The translations under genes and the position numbers were made by a program. Shown here in pieces: positions 35,695 through 49,679 of a stretch of DNA of 64,000 nt. The notes under the pieces were generated by a model. The model ran no database searches and was not told the origin of the DNA. It worked only from the letters and a program-made list of their open reading frames with translations. The stretch's first letter is position 1; each line of letters begins with the position of its first letter. The stretch covers positions 124,001-188,000 of the forward strand of contig OY253672.1 in the NCBI GenBank assembly GCA_958009085.1. Reading direction: 5' to 3'. The DNA is from Protoeuglena noctilucae. Its lineage: Eukaryota.

Positions 35695-36021
35695 GGCTCG
35701 GCTTTGTTTCTGACCCGTGTGGTACCCCAGGGTCTCTGAAAGCCGGCGAATCGGGCGTCAGAGGCTCGTGTCGCTCCACGTCAGGACCTGGCGGCTGGAA
35801 ACTCAAATGCGGCTGTAGCACGCCGGCGATCTTCTGTGCAGGTCCCTTAGATGTTCCCGCCGCCGCGCCGCAGCCTCACTCGCCACGTGTCCCCCAACAC
35901 GCGTCTGCCCCACCGAGACCAAGCGAGCTTGGCGATATATCTGGCCTTGGAAGGAAGATTACGTGACTAGTTGCTTCTCTCAGTGCACATACTGTGCGGG
36001 GACCGGGGAGGGACGCTCGCG

Positions 36022-37535
36022 ATGGCGGCTGCCGTGCAGGTGTGCGTGTGTAGCCGTTTCGCTCGCCAATCCTCCGCCCTGCGCTGTCACGCCAGCGCGT
36101 GCGCGCGTTACGACACACGCTCCTCGTCCCTCGCACGCAGGGCCGCGTGGCGCATGCGCCCGCCGCGCTGGCGCCGCGCTCGCGCCCCCGCACTGCCACG
36201 CGTGCCGTTTCTCAGGGCGGGGACCGCGTGCGGCCGCTGGACAAGGCCACGCCGGTCATCCACGATAGCGAGCTGGTGTCGCGCGTGTTGTCGGCGCCCC
36301 CGGCGCGCGACTGCCCCGCGGCCTTCTTCTCCACGGAGCTCCGCGGCATCGTGACGCACCCGGCGTTCATGCTCGTCCACGTCGACGACCACATGGTGCA
36401 CCGGGGCCACGCCGTCTTCGAGACCTGCGTCGTCGTCGACGGCCACGTCTACCAACTCGAGGCCCACCTCGACCGCTTCTTCGCCTCGTGCGAGGCCGCC
36501 CGCGTCGATTCGCCCCTCTCGCGCGAGGACGTCCGTCGCGTCGTTCTGCACACCGCCGCGGCCGCGCGCGCCCTCGACGGCCACATCCGCCTCTGGGCCT
36601 CGGCGGGTCGCGGCACGTTCGGCGTGTCGCCCCGGGGGTGTGCCCGCGGCACGCTCTACTGGTGCGCGTGCGCATGTGCTGGGCAGCTCCAGAGCCGCTG
36701 CAAGTGCCGCGCGTCCGTCGCCCTGCTCACGCAGCTGGGCATGTTCCGCACCCTTCTGCCCGCAGTGTGGCCATCCCCGGGCAGCGCCCCCCCCGGGACA
36801 TGGAGGAGGGGTGGCGGGTGGTGACGGCGACCGTGCGCCTGCCCGTGAGCCCCACGGTCAAGTCCACGAACTACCTGCAGAACGCCCTGGCCCAGATGGA
36901 GGCGGAGGACCAAGAGTGCGACACGGCCGTGTTTGTGGATGCCGAGGGGTACGTGACGGAGGGGCCCACGATGAACGTGGCGGTGCTGACGGAGGAGGGG
37001 GATCTGCTGTTCCCGCCCTTCGACCGGACACTCCCGGGCATCACGGCCAAGGCAAGGGGGGTGGGGGGGAGTTGGTGGTGGTGTCATGTGTCCTGGCTCT
37101 GAGGTGCCAGGCTGACCTTGAGTTAAGTGGTCTCCGCAGCGCGTGATGGAGCTGGCGAAGGAGCACGTGGGGGAGGGCGCCCCGCAGGCGCTGTCCGGGG
37201 TGCGGTCGGTGCAGCAGCGCCCCTTCACTTTGGCGGAGGCCAAGCGCGCCCGGGAGGTCATGTGCCTGGGGACCACGACGTGGGTGACGCCCGTGCACGC
37301 GTGGGATGGGAAGCCCATTGCGGACGGCACCACGGGCCTCGTCACCATGGCGCTGCGGTGAGGCGTGCGGCGGAAGGGGCGGGGCGCAGTTGAGGGAAGG
37401 CAGGGCGGCAGTGTCATGACGGCAGAGCCCCTCTGCGTGGCCCGCAGAGCTTTGTTGGAGAGGGACGCCGAGGAAGTGGGGCCGCTGCACACCGAGGTGC
37501 CCTATGGATACCTCACCAACATGCGGGGGCTGTGA
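36022..37535 (+). CDS. Class IV PLP aminotransferase (D-amino-acid transaminase / aminodeoxychorismate lyase-like)
   Basis: VHVDDHMVHRGHAVFET...YQLEAHLDRF, VKSTNYLQNALAQMEAE, VTEGPTMNV, TLPGITAKR, and PVHAWDGKPIADG. Confidence 0.92.
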
Positions 37536-37737
37536 GACGGTCGACGGAGCGCACAGGGATGGCCCTAGGAGTGGCTGAAGTAACGCGCGATGGGGAGCAT
37601 GTGACGAGCATTCAATGCCGTGTCACGGATTTGAAAGGTGGAAAGTGGGTTTGACGCGACCTCCAGAAGCCACACTGCTCCAGGGCACAGCTGCTGTCTG
37701 TTCCCCCAAAACCGACTTGTGGGTTCACTCTCTGTCC

Positions 37738-40700
37738 TCAATCGGTGAAGGACTGGCCGAGGTTGAGGGGCTCCCCCCGTGCCACCTGGTCCAGCACAGC
37801 CGCGGCCATCGCGTCCACATCCAGACCCGGCCGCCCATGCGCCGCGGCCATCTGCTTCAGCAGCACGCGGAGGTGCTCGGCCGACAGCGCCGGGCCCGGG
37901 GCGAGAGCCGCGCGGGTCCCCCCCGGGTGCAGGAAGGGGTGGTCAAGGAGCTCGGCGATGGTGGCGCGTGCCTTGGGGCTGCGGTCCAGGCACCGCCGCA
38001 TGGCATCCACGCAGTCGGGGTCGCCGCAGTCGGGGAAGGGGATGGCGTGAGCAGTGTCGGTGATGGCGTGCATCTTCTGCGGCCAGGCCAGCCACGGCAG
38101 ACACTCAGTGGCACTCTTGACGCATGCCCACTGCTGACAACTGGGCGCCCAGCCCCTGCTCGCTTGCCTGGATGAAGGCGAGGTGCGCGAAGGGCGTGTG
38201 GCCGTTCACCATCTGGTACAGGATGCACCCCAGGGACCACACGTCGCTGGGGCGGCCCTCCCGGTAGCCGTCGCGCCCCCCTCCCACGACCGCCTCGGGG
38301 GACATGTAGTTGAGCGTGCCCACCTGGAAAAGAGGAAGCGCAAGGGAGGTCAGCGGTGACGCCTGCGCGGCGCAGGCACGTGCCAGGTGTTGGGGGAGGC
38401 AACCACAGCGGGGCAGCGATGACGGTGGAGGTGCGGCACACACAGGCGCCACTGGGCTCCCTCCTCGGCCCACCTGGCTCTGCCTCACGACGGAGGTGGT
38501 GTCCTGATGGATGGCCTTGGCGATGCCGAAGTCGATGAGCTTGAGCTGCCCCTCCACGACGAGGAAGTTGGCCGGCTTGAGGTCGGCGTGGACGATCCGC
38601 GCCTCGTGGATGGCACGCACGGCCTGGAGCATCTGCTCCCAGTACAACCTGGGGCGGGCGGAGGCACGGGCGGTGGAGCGCGCGGGGCATCTCTCATACT
38701 GCCCCTCCCCATCCCCGCCAACCCCCGCACCTGACGAAGTTCTCGTCCCACCCCCGCTCGCCCCTCTCCTGCCGCGCCTTCTCGCGCTTGGCCAGCAGGC
38801 GCGCCAGGTCCGTCTCCCCGAACTCCAGCAGCACGTAGATGAGGCCGGCGCGCGGCAGCACCTCGTGATCCACGATCTGGATGATGTGGGGGACGCCCCT
38901 GCGCGAGGCACCCCAGGCGGTCATTGCAAACGGACCAGGCAAGCCTGGGACCCTGCCATAAGTACCTGAGCGCCCCTCGCCTCGCTGCGTCTCGCTACTC
39001 TGTCGCCCATACCATGCTCAGCGCCCCTCCCCACCTGAGCTTCTCCAGCAGCGTGATCTCGTCCAGGAACCCCTGCGCGGCCTCCCGGTCCTTGCCCTCC
39101 AGCTTGATGCGCTTGAGTGCCAGGATGCGAGCGGAAGGCGCCAGCACCTTGTACACCTTGCAGCTGCCCCCGCGACCCACGCACTCGAGCACCCGGTAAC
39201 GCGTCCCCTTGACCACCACGCTCGCCTCGCCCCGCTGGGCCCCCGTCGCCTCCGCCTGCCCCTCCCCCGCCTTGCCGGCCTCCCGGGCGTCCTGGGTCGC
39301 GCCTCCGGTCGCCGGTGCCGCGTTGGTGCGCGGGGCGAGCGGGGCTCGGGGCGGCTGCGTGACCCCCCGCGTCGGCACCACCGACTCATTGCCCACCGTC
39401 GACGACGCCACGGCTGCCGAGGGCGTCGCGAGGGCATGGACCGAGTCACCGCCTTTGGGGCGCTGCGCAGGGTGCGACGGCACCGTGGCCGCTGGGGGCG
39501 CTCCTGGGGCTGCCGGCGGTGGGGCAGGACGCGGCGCAGCGGGCGGCGGGACCTGGGGGAGAGAGCGCGGGGAGATAACATGAGGCCTCAAAGCGTCACA
39601 TCACACTCGGTGCATCGCCATTACCGACCGTGGTCGGTGCACGCACCTGTGCCACAGGGCCTTGAGGCTCCAGGTCGGCACGAGTCTTGTCGACCCCTGA
39701 CCTCGCCCCGTCTTGCCCCGGCAAGAGGCCCCCGCCCTCTTGGCCCCACCCTGCACGCCCCTCCCTCGCTTCCGGCCCTTCCTCTCTTTGCCAGGACGTC
39801 TCTCGGACGCCGCCCCCCTCCCCCTGCCCCTCCTCCGCTTGTCGCCCTGCCCTCCCCTCCGCCTCCACGCCCCGCTCCCCTGCCTCGCCCTCGGCCTCGC
39901 CCGCGGGTGGCGTGACGCGGCGTGCCGGCGCCCCTCCGAACCCCAGGCGCACTGGCCCCCGCCGCGCGGCGAAGGGCGGGGCTGCGGGACCCCCGGCCCC
40001 GTCCGCGTCGCCATGGGCAGGGGTGGCACCCGGGCCCGGGCCGCCGTCGCGCGCGCGTGCCCCCCGCCCGCTGCCGAACTCGCTGACGGGTCTCCCGGCG
40101 CTCGTCGAGACGGAGGCGGCGCTGGAGGTGGAGGCGCTGAGGGACCTGCACGACGCCGCGCTGCACGAGCCGGCGCCTTCCGTCGTGGTGGGGGGGCAAG
40201 CGGGGGTGGGGCCCGCGGCGGGGCCCAACGCGCCACGCAGGGGCACGGGCGTGTGGACGGGGAAGGCCGAGGTCCCCAGGCGGCGGCGCAGGGGCTGTGG
40301 GTGGCGGGGCACAGCAGGCGGTCTCGCCTCGTGGGGTGCGCCAGGCACTAGCGCGTGCTGTCGTCATCACCAAAGCACTGACCATGCGCAGCCTTCCACG
40401 GCACTCACCAGGGTGTGGGTGCTCTCCTCTGCGTTCCCTGGCACCGCGGGCGTGTGGCCCCCCAGTGGTGTCACCCCCACCCGCACGGGGCCGGCCCCTG
40501 CGGGAGTCTCCGGCGCTGCGCCGGGCGCCACCGCGAAGCGACCATGTGGAGCCGCCCCGTCCCTGGGCTCCGAAGCACCGACGTCCTCCCCCAGCTTGGC
40601 CGCCAGCGCCTCCAGGGTCCCCCGGGGCTCGGCCCCCGCCGCCAGCCCCTTGCGCACCACCTCGAGGGCGGCCCCAGCGCCGGCCCATCCGCGCTCCATC

Positions 40701-41329
40701 GCCGCCCACGCCGTGTACATCTCCGCGGCGCCGTCTCCGAGCCGCTGCCGCCGCATGGTCTTGAAGAGGTCCCGGGCGTCGTCCTGGCACCGCACTCCCA
40801 GGTGCCGCGCGTACAGCAGCCACAGCTGCAGGGACTCCCCGCCGCTCGGTGGGGGCTTCGGCGTCAACTGCACTGCCGTGCTCAGAGCTGATAGCAGCGT
40901 CGCCTCGGGAGGCAGGCCGCTATCCGAGGCCGACGGGCGCGCATCCTCGAAGGCGCAGAGAGCGAGCCACGCCGACGTGCTGGCGGGGCTCAGCAGCACC
41001 GCATTCACCAGCTGCACGCGCTCCGACGCTTCGGCGGCCGTGCACTGCGGGAAGGGGCGCAGGAACGACGTCGCTGTGTCGAGTGCGGGCTCGGGCCGCC
41101 CTGTGGATGCCATCGGGTTGCTGCGGACCTTGGCATTGCGGACGCGCGCGAAAAGCTTCAGGGACGACTCCCACCCGGGCGGGCCCCCCGCGGAGAGGCC
41201 CCGCGGGGCCTCCTGCGGGCGACAGATGCGGGTGACAAGTCAAACACAGGGGCGCCTGTGGGCCCCGAGAGACGGAACGGGCGCGGCAGCGGCGTCCTGA
41301 CGATCGACACAACAGCCGGCACGCACCAT
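37738..41329 (-). CDS. MPS1: MPS1/TTK spindle-checkpoint kinase with N-terminal TPR-like domain; start approximate
   Basis: [73 protein letters not shown] and [18 protein letters not shown]-terminal LWLLYARH...DARDLFK...WAAME. Confidence 0.93.
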
Positions 41330-41662
41330 GTCGGGGCGGGGTTGCTTAGAGATTGCCGGATGCCCAGGCAGTGGGTCGTGCGGTGGAGCCGATGCCCATT
41401 CGTCCCGGGACCCGCACTGTCGTGGGTTCAGATGCCATCAGCGCATGCAGACTGCTGGAGGATGGCGCGTGGGAGCTGAAAATCGTCTGCCAGTCTCAGG
41501 CACTGGCAAATGCGCGCCAGGCATCCACGAGACCCCGGTGGTCGCGCCAACGCGCCAGTTCGCGTACTCTGCGATCGCCGTGCTCCGCAGGGACCCTTTG
41601 TTCTCTTGTGCTGATTTGTATTTTGGTGCCCGCGCTGGCCGAAGGCTCCGAGTGATTCCGCG

Positions 41663-44145
41663 ATGAACGCTCCGCCGGGGGTGCTAGTCGTGAATGCGAA
41701 CACGAAGCGGGAGACGGGGAAGAAGGCTCAGTATGGGAATATCGCGGCAGCCAAGGCAAGGCGGGGGCCCGACGTGCGGGATCACAATCTCAGCTGAACG
41801 CTTTGTGTTTATGCGGGGTCTGGACAGCGCGGCGAAGGCGGTGGTCCGCGGACCTGCGCCCGCGCCCTGCCCCTTCGCTGGTTATGTTTGGAGGGCTCTC
41901 TGGGCGGGTCCTGAGGCTCGACGGAGCATAGCAAGGCAATATTCGGTTTATGAAAAATTGGCGGGTGCATTTTGAGGGGCGCCGTCGATCCCCATACGCC
42001 GCGCTGGGCTCGCACGGGTTGCGCCCGCTGTGTCTAGATCTCCCGGCCCTCCCGGCCCGACTTTCCGCGCGATCCCCACGCCGTCGATGTGTTACGTCGA
42101 CACGACGTCCATCACCGACTGCGCGTCGCCCCTCTCCCCTCCACGAGCGCGCCAGGCCTCAGCGTGTCTGCCCCTCCCTGTTGCCCCCCGCAGGCGGTGG
42201 CGGACATCATCCGCACGACGCTGGGCCCGCGGTCGATGCTGAAGATGATTTTGGACGCGCAGGGGGGCATCGTGCTCACGAACGACGGCAACGCCATCCT
42301 GCGGGAGATCGACGTGTCGCACCCGGCGGCCAAGTCGGTGATCGAGCTGTCGCGGACGCAGGACGAGGAGGTGGGGGACGGCACCACGTCCGTCATCATC
42401 CTGGCCGGGGAGCTCCTGGCCGAGGCCGAGCCCCTCCTGGCCCGCAACCTGCACCCGACGGTGGTGTGCCAGGGGTACGCCCGGGCCCTGGAGGCGGCGC
42501 TGCGGGTGGTGGAGGCGGCGTCCTTCCCCGTGGACGTCAACGACGACGAGCAGATGCTCAAGATCGTCATGTCCTCCATCGGCACCAAGTTCACCCACCG
42601 CTTCGGGGACCTCATGGGCCGCCTGGCCCTGGACGCCGTGCGCAAGGTGTGAGGAAGGGAGGGCTTGGTGTCGGAGCAGATCAGAGGCACTGCGCCGCGC
42701 TGCGCCGTGTGTGTCGCTGAGCGCCCCGCCCCCCCCCTTGGTCGGCAGGTGACGGTGGAGCACCCCGGGGGCCACCGTGAGATCGACGTGAAGAAGTACG
42801 CCAAGGTGGAGAAGATCCCCGGCGGCGCCATTGAGGACTCTCGCGTGCTGGACGGGGTCATGTTCGCCAAGGACGTGGTGCTCCCCAGCCGCATGCGCCG
42901 CCGCATTGAGCGCCCGCGCGTGGTGCTGCTGGACTGCCCGCTCGAGTACAAGAAGGGCGAGAGCCAGACGAGCGTGGAGATGACGCGGGAGGAGGACTGG
43001 GCGGCGCTGCTCAAGATGGAGGAGGAGTGGACCAGGCGCACGTGCGACGAGATCCTCAAGCACAAGGCGAGGGGCAGGGGATGGCGGGGTGGGTGGGTGC
43101 GGGGCTGTCGTGGATGCGCGGGGTTGAAAAGTGCGCCATTCCTCTGCCGCAGCCGGACGTGGTGATCACGGAGAAGGGCCTATCGGACCTGGCGGCGCAC
43201 TTCCTGGTCAAGGCGGGCGTGTCGGCCATCCGCCGCATTCGCAAGACCGACAACAACCGCGTGGCGCGCGCGTGCGGGGCCACCATCCTGCACCGCCCCG
43301 AGGAGATCCGGGAGCAGGACGTGGGCGTCAAGGCGGGGCTGTTCGAGGTGCTGAAGATCGGGGACGAGTTCTTCACCTTCCTGGTCGACTGCGACGACCC
43401 CAAGGCCTGCACCGGTGAGGGGTGCCTGCACGCGCCTGCTGGCCATCCCATGCCCCGCCCTCCCCTGCTTGTCAACCGATCTCCCGACCCCGCCCCAGTC
43501 GTCCTCCGGGGCGCTTCCAAGGACATCCTGAACGAGGTGGAGCGCAACCTGACCGACGCCATTGGGGTGGCGCGCAACGTGTGCCTGGAGCCCAAGCTGG
43601 TGCCGGGGGGCGGGGCCGTGGAGATGGCCGTGACGCGCGCCCTCAACGAGCACGCCGCCACGCTCGCGGGGGCGGACCAGTGGGCCTTCAAGGCGAGTCG
43701 CGGGGAGTGGGGGTGGCACGGCACGGGGCGGCGTTGTGAAGACCCACGCACCCACGCCCCGCTTCACGCCCCGCTCCCGCAGGCCATGGCCCACGCACTG
43801 GAGGTCATCCCCCGCACGCTGTGCCAGAACTGCGGGGCGAACGTCATTCGCACGCTGACCAAGCTGCGGGCGCGCCACGCGTCGCCGGACGGCGCCACGT
43901 TCGGGATCGACGGGCACTCGGGAGAGATGGCGGACATGCGCGCGCTGGGGGTGCGGGAGCCCTTCGCCGTGAAGGCCCAGACGCTCAAGACGGCCACGGA
44001 GGCGGCGTGCATGCTCCTGCGCATTGACGACATCGTGTCCGGGCTGTCCAAGAAGCAGCGGGGCGGGGGGGGCGCGCCGGCCAAGCCCAAGATGGAGGCG
44101 GACGGCGGGGACAACGTCGACTCGGAGCAGATGCTGGCCGAGTGA
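41663..44145 (+). CDS. CCT3: T-complex protein 1 subunit gamma
   Basis: NANTKRETGKKAQYGNIAAAK/AVADIIRTTLGPRSMLKM, GDGTTSV, EIDVKKYAKVEKIPGG, LEYKKGESQT and LLRIDDIVSG. Confidence 0.97.
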
Positions 44146-44229
44146 GGGGCGGGCGTGGCGTGGCATGTGCATGCGGTCAGGCCATTGAACCAGGTGTCAG
44201 GGCCAGCACAGCACATCACAGCACGCGCG

Positions 44230-47200
44230 CTACATGGAAAGCAGGTCCCCGGGAACAGCGGCGCTTGTTCTCTGCCCCTTCTGCCCCAAGGACAGGGGCC
44301 CCCGGGCGCGCTGCTGCGGCAGACCCGGGGCACCTCGCTGGGGCTCGCCGCCCAGCCGCAGCGGCTGCGACGCGCCCCTGCCCCCGTTTGCCGCACCGAC
44401 GCCGTTGGGCCCAAACTGAGCCCCAGCAGCCTGCCCTTGTGCCACACCCAGCACCCCCCGACTCCCCCGGGCGCCCGGCCCTGCTGCCGTCACACTCCCC
44501 CAGCCACTGCCGTCCCCAAAGTCTCCGAACGATCCCCACGCCTCGTCGTCCGCCTCCCCTACCAGCGACGCATGCAGGTCTTTCCCCGCTGGGCCCTTCC
44601 GTGCCCCCTGGCTTGCAGGCGTGGGTATGGGCGCCTTGGGAGCGATCCCAGACGCTTCCCTGCGCCTGCCTCCCTCGTCGCTCTCGCGGCTCGCCGGGCC
44701 CGCGGCAGCAGCCAGCGGCGACCTGCCTGCCGCCCCCGGCCCCAGACCCAGCGCCCCAATGTGCTGAGACAGGGGTGCGCCTGCTGAGTCCAGTGCTCCC
44801 GTGGCCTGTCCTGGCCTGGGCCCCACCTGCCCACTCCCAGCAGCCCCGCCAGCCTGCCCACCCGCGCTCCCCGCGCTCGCGGCCCCAAGCATTGGCATAG
44901 GTTCCGGCACTCGCCCGCCGGGCTGGGCTGGCCCGACAGGCCCCACCTTCTCCTCGGGTGCTGTGGCGGCGTCCATGGTCCTGGCGTTGGCCTCCAGCGC
45001 CGCCAGGGCCGCCCGCGCCGCCGCCAGAGCCGCGTCCCTCACGCCCCGGTCGGCGTCGATGGCAGCACTGGCAGCGGCGGGCATGACGCGCTGGGCGAGC
45101 TCGCCGGGGGAGTAGTACTCCAGGGTGGCGGCGAGGGCGCGGAGGGACGCTGGGAGGGGACGCGGGAGGCCACGTCACGCAGCACACGAGGAGGTGAGCC
45201 GAAGCCGTGGGAGGCGTCGCTGCACTCACCGGAGCGGGAGGGCGGGAAGGGGTCCCTCAGCGACTTCGAGAATGCGTCCAGAAGGACCTTGCGACACGTG
45301 TCAGGTCCCAGGTGCTTGGCAATGTTCCCCAGGAGGATGGCGGTGTTGGCGCGGATGCCGGGCTCGGGGTCGCTCTGGAGGGCGGCGAGGTGCTTGAGCA
45401 ATTGGGAGGAGAGGGTGCTGCAGGGAGAGGGCAGGTTGCGGGCTTGAAGAAAACACGGGCGTCGGATGCGTGTACGGCACAGCGGACGTGCCCAAGCCCC
45501 TCGTACCGGGCCTCTATCTTGGGCGCCAGCACGACCATGCTTTTCAGCGTCAGCTCCCGGATGTACGGGGCCTGGTCTTGGAACCCCGAGAGGATGGCGG
45601 GGAAGACCTTGGCCTGCGCCACGTCGTTGGGGAGGAGGGGGCCGAAGGAGGGCATCTGCGGCACAGGAGACGGCGTGAGTGGGCGGCGCTCGTGCTGCCA
45701 CACGCACAGTGTGCCATCCCACCCCACCGCCCCCCCAGCCTCGCCCGCTCCAGCAGCTCTCGTCGGAGGTTGCGGTCCGTGGAGGCAAAGAGGCGCGTGA
45801 CGACGGGGAGGACCTTGGCGAGGAAGTCCGCGGGGCTGAGGCGCTCCCCGATCTGCAGACGTGGTTGGCGACGCGAAGTGAGGCAGCAGGAGAAACAGGC
45901 AGGCATCGGCAGGGAGGTGCACTGCCTTTGTTATGCCCCTCGGCCACCCCGTCCCTCACCTTCAGCACCACCCCCAGTGCCTGGGGCGGCGCCCCGTGCT
46001 TCTCCAGCGCCTCCCCGATCAGCCGCAGGAGCTTGCCGTGGCGCACGGGGCTCGGAATGACGTTGGCCTCTGCTATGGCGGAAGTGACAGTGGGAGTGGG
46101 GAGAACAGGCCTGCTGGCAGCACCCTAGCCCTACCAGTGGCATCGCTCAACCGCAACCACCTCACCGAGCATGGCCGGCAGTGTCTCGAAGAAGCGCGCC
46201 TTCTCGGCGTCGTCTCGGATGGCGATCTGCTCCAGGAAGGCCACGATTTCGGCGGTCTGGGACTTGAGGAAGGGGCACTGAGCCAGGGCCTCGGAGGGGT
46301 GCAAGCGGCTGGTGGGGTGGGAGGACAGGAGGCGCTGGTAGGTGGGGAGGAGGGAGGTGGGGATGTGGGGCGTGGAGCGAAGGGACTCGGGAGAGGAGAG
46401 ACGCGCGCCGGAGAAGACCTGCGGAGGGGCAGGGGCGGGGCGGGCGATATGTGGGCAGGGAGAGGCGCAGAGGCGGGCACACGCCCCTGTGCGACCTCAC
46501 CTCCTGAATCAAGCAGCCCAGGCCCCAGGCGTCGACCGCATGTGGAGGCGCCTCCGCGACCGCGGCCCAGTCCCCCCTCGCCACCTCGGGCGCCCGGCAG
46601 ACGGGCGGAGCGGTGCGGTCCCCATGGCGGAGCGGGGCCCCCGGGTCGCCCCGCGCCTGCTGCTCCGTGGCTGCGTCCATCAGCCCCAGCTTCCAGTCCC
46701 ACTCGGGCGTCACGAACACGGCCCCCGCGCTCACGGCGCCGTGCACCATGCGGCAGTCCCCCACCAGGAACCCCGACGCCGCAAACACCGACCGCAGGCC
46801 CATGGCCGCGTACTCCTCGAGCTCGAGACCGGCCAGCGACAGGGAACCCAGAGCGGCCAGGAGAGGCTGCACCGGCTCCGTCGCCATCCACACGACGTGA
46901 ATGTGCCCTCCCATGCCGCGCTCCTCCGCCTCCCCCGACTCCCGGAAGGCCACCAGCGCCGGGTGACGCAGCGTCTTGGCCCGATGAACTGCTCCCCGCG
47001 CCACCTGCAGCGCCGGGTCGTCACGGGAGGGGGCCTCCACTCGCCACAGCGTCGCCGCGGACCCGTCCTCGCGGCGCGTCGCAGCATGCAGGCGCCACAC
47101 GCCGATGTGCGGGCCGTCGGCCTCGAACTGCGAGGTGCAGGGAACGAGCGCTTCTCACACAACGCGGAGGGGGTCCCGCGGCGTCGGAGCGCCCTGCAGG

Positions 47201-47309
47201 GACCCTTATGGGTCCGCATCCGATGTGCTTGCGTGCTTGCCTTGTATGGAAAGCTTGCGGTGACGGAGGACACCAGCGACGTGACGGACTGCGTGAATTT
47301 GGCGAACAT
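44230..47309 (-). CDS. SCYL1: SCY1-like pseudokinase with HEAT repeats
   Basis: MFAKFTQSVTSL..., RAKTLRHPALV, WMATEPVQPL, MVHGAVSAGAVFVTPEWDWKLG, DAWGLGCLIQE, VVTRLFASTDRNLR, RELTLKSMVVLAPK and DPEPGIRANTAILLGNIA. Confidence 0.92.
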
Positions 47310-47604
47310 GGCGGTGGCCTTTGCGCAGGGAAGCTGGAAACAGCGCTGGTAATGCGTTGAGAAGCTACAGGATGCAGCTGCTGACCCAATCCTTCTATAG
47401 ATGACACATTTAACCGCGCACTCAGTTGGTCTTCGTTTCACTGCGCTGCTCTGCGATTTATCAGGCCGCGTCGGGTGGAATCTGCGACGCTACAGCCTGA
47501 CCGCAGTGTGCCGGAAAAGTGCCGCGGTTTCATGGGTCATTCGTTCCTCAAAGCAGCGCCTAAGGAATCAGTTCAGAATGTGAGAGTCTAGCAAAGCCGC
47601 GGAT

Positions 47605-48297
47605 ATGGCCGAACTGCCCCAAGACGCGCCGAGGAAGGAGCTTGCGAAGCACGTCGAGAACGCGGTAGGCCGCTGCGCCTGGGCGACCTGCGATGGGGTC
47701 TCTGGGCTATGCAGTTGCTAACTAGTTGATCAAAGTTCCATGTAGCCGCTACTGCGCGCCGCGAGACGCTCCGATCGATCCCGCTGGGCCGCAGATTAAT
47801 CGGCTTGCCTATGCGGAGCACTTGCTGGCGCGCCTCACGCCAGAGGGGCGCAAGGAGCTGGAGGAGGAGATGCGTTTGTTTGATGCCGACCTAATAGCGA
47901 TGCATGCGGCTGCCGGCAACGTCGGGGACGCGAAGGCAAGTGGTTCCACGGCGCTGACCCTGCTGCAAGGCTCGGCCGCGGCTTTGCAGACCCAGCGACG
48001 GTGCTCCCTGCGCAGGTGCCGATCAAGCTAATCGAACACGTTGACGGGGGCCGGTCTACACACAGCTTTGCGCGCGCCTGGGTCGTGGAGGCACAGGCGC
48101 GCAACCAGGAGGCAGCGGGTCGAGCGCGGGCTCTGGAGGGTTTTCAGGGGTGCCTGGTGCGAGCAGCGGCGGCGTCCGCGCCGGACGTGCTGGAGCGATA
48201 CATGCAGGTTGACTCGGCGCGGGCGCATGCTACGGGGCCACTGACGCAGCGGGTGGCAGGGGCGGAGGCGGCCGACGCATTTCAAAAGCCTCGTTGA
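47605..48297 (+). CDS. MED10: Mediator subunit 10-like
   Basis: VPIKLIEHVDGGRSTHSFARAWVVEAQARNQEAAGRARALEGFQGCL...APDVLERY matches the MED10 pattern (VP...ID.GRNP...NQ..KG...L..F). Confidence 0.75.
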
Positions 48298-48378
48298 CGT
48301 CTAGCGCAGAACAGGGAGGGTCTCATGAGGAGCGGCCAAACACGCAGCCACCCGCCGCTTCCCGCGCCGCCGCCCCGC

Positions 48379-49679
48379 TCATCGGGGGCGCTGCATGTCT
48401 CGGTTGGACCAGTCCACGCTGAGCACCAGGTGGTCGTAGCCGTACCCATTGAGCTTGTCGATGGCCGCCTGGGCCTGCGACTTGGTGGCGAACGTGACGA
48501 ACCCGAAGCCCCGAGACTCGCCCGTGTTCTGCGGGACAGGGCGGCGAGGGTGTGGATGTGGGCAATCGCTTGCCCGCAGGCGACTGGGCACGGCCCGGCG
48601 CCCGCCACCGCGCCCCCGCTCGCCTTGTCCGTGGCGATGTGCGCCCGCAGCACGGTCCCGAACGGCCGGCACAGCTCCTTGAGGTCGTCCACGTCCGTCT
48701 CCTCGGACAGGTTGGTGATGCGGATGCCGCACTCGTCCCGCTGGCGCTTGAGCTCCAGGTCCAGCTGCGCCGCGGACTTGCCGCCGCGCATGTGCGGCGG
48801 CACGAACTTGGTGCCCCCTGGGCCCATCATCGGGCCCGGCGAGTCCTCCTCCGGTGGCAGCTCGGGCATGAGCGCCCCTGCGCACGCAACCCGTCCGTTC
48901 ATGAGGTCCCGCGCGCCGTTCGCCGCCCCGCCGCCTCCCCGCGCACTGCCACGCACTCACCCGACGCCTGCAGCAGCTGCCTCTCCATCCTCCGCCGCGC
49001 GAGCATCTCCTTGAGGTTCGTCACCACCTCCTTCTTGCTCGACACGGCATTCAGCTTCTGCTGGATGTCCTCCACCTGCTCCTCCGCCTCCGTCTTCTGC
49101 TGCACGTTCGTACGCTCAAAGGGAATGTCCTCCTTGGACTGCACCGTGAACATGTCGGCGTCCGTCTCGCGCGCCGCCTCCCCGAAGCGCGGCAGCTTCC
49201 GCCGCTCCACCACCGACTGCGCGGGCGAGATTGGCACGCGGGAGAATGCCGATCAGTTAACAAAGCCGGTCCGCCGCGGGGCCGCGCGTGCGGAGGCCCA
49301 GGGCGGCGGGGCGCGCCACGGCCGTGCCCAGTGCCGGGTCGCGGCAACTGCGGTGCCGGGAGGTCTCCGAGGACCCCCCGCGCTATCACCCGGTGCCGCG
49401 ACGCGCATGAGAGAGCGAAGGGTGGGCTTCCCCGCGCCAACGCCATCGCGTGGGGCGTGCGAGCGGGCGTTTCTTAAGGCGGCCTACCTGGTAGATCCGC
49501 TTCTCCTCCTTGACCATCCGGACGCGCGTGGTGGTCTTCACCACATCCCCCCTCTCGTTCTTGTGGAACTCCACGACCGTCCGGTTGCCATCCTCGTCCG
49601 GGCCGAACTCCTGGCGGGGCGGGAGCCCCTCGTCGTCGGAGTCCTCGTCACCCCACCTCTTCCGAATGCGCTCCGCCAT
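48379..49679 (-). CDS. EIF3G: Translation initiation factor eIF3 subunit g
   Basis: RWGDEDSDDEGLPP..GPDEDGNRTVVEF, KFVPPHMRGG, and RRM IRITNLSEETD...TGESRGFGFVTF...KLNGYGYDHLVLSVDW. Confidence 0.96.

Noticed and set aside
41756..42193. snoRNA hosted in the long first intron of CCT3
   Set aside because: No clear C/D or H/ACA box arrangement seen; an Infernal/Rfam scan would be needed.
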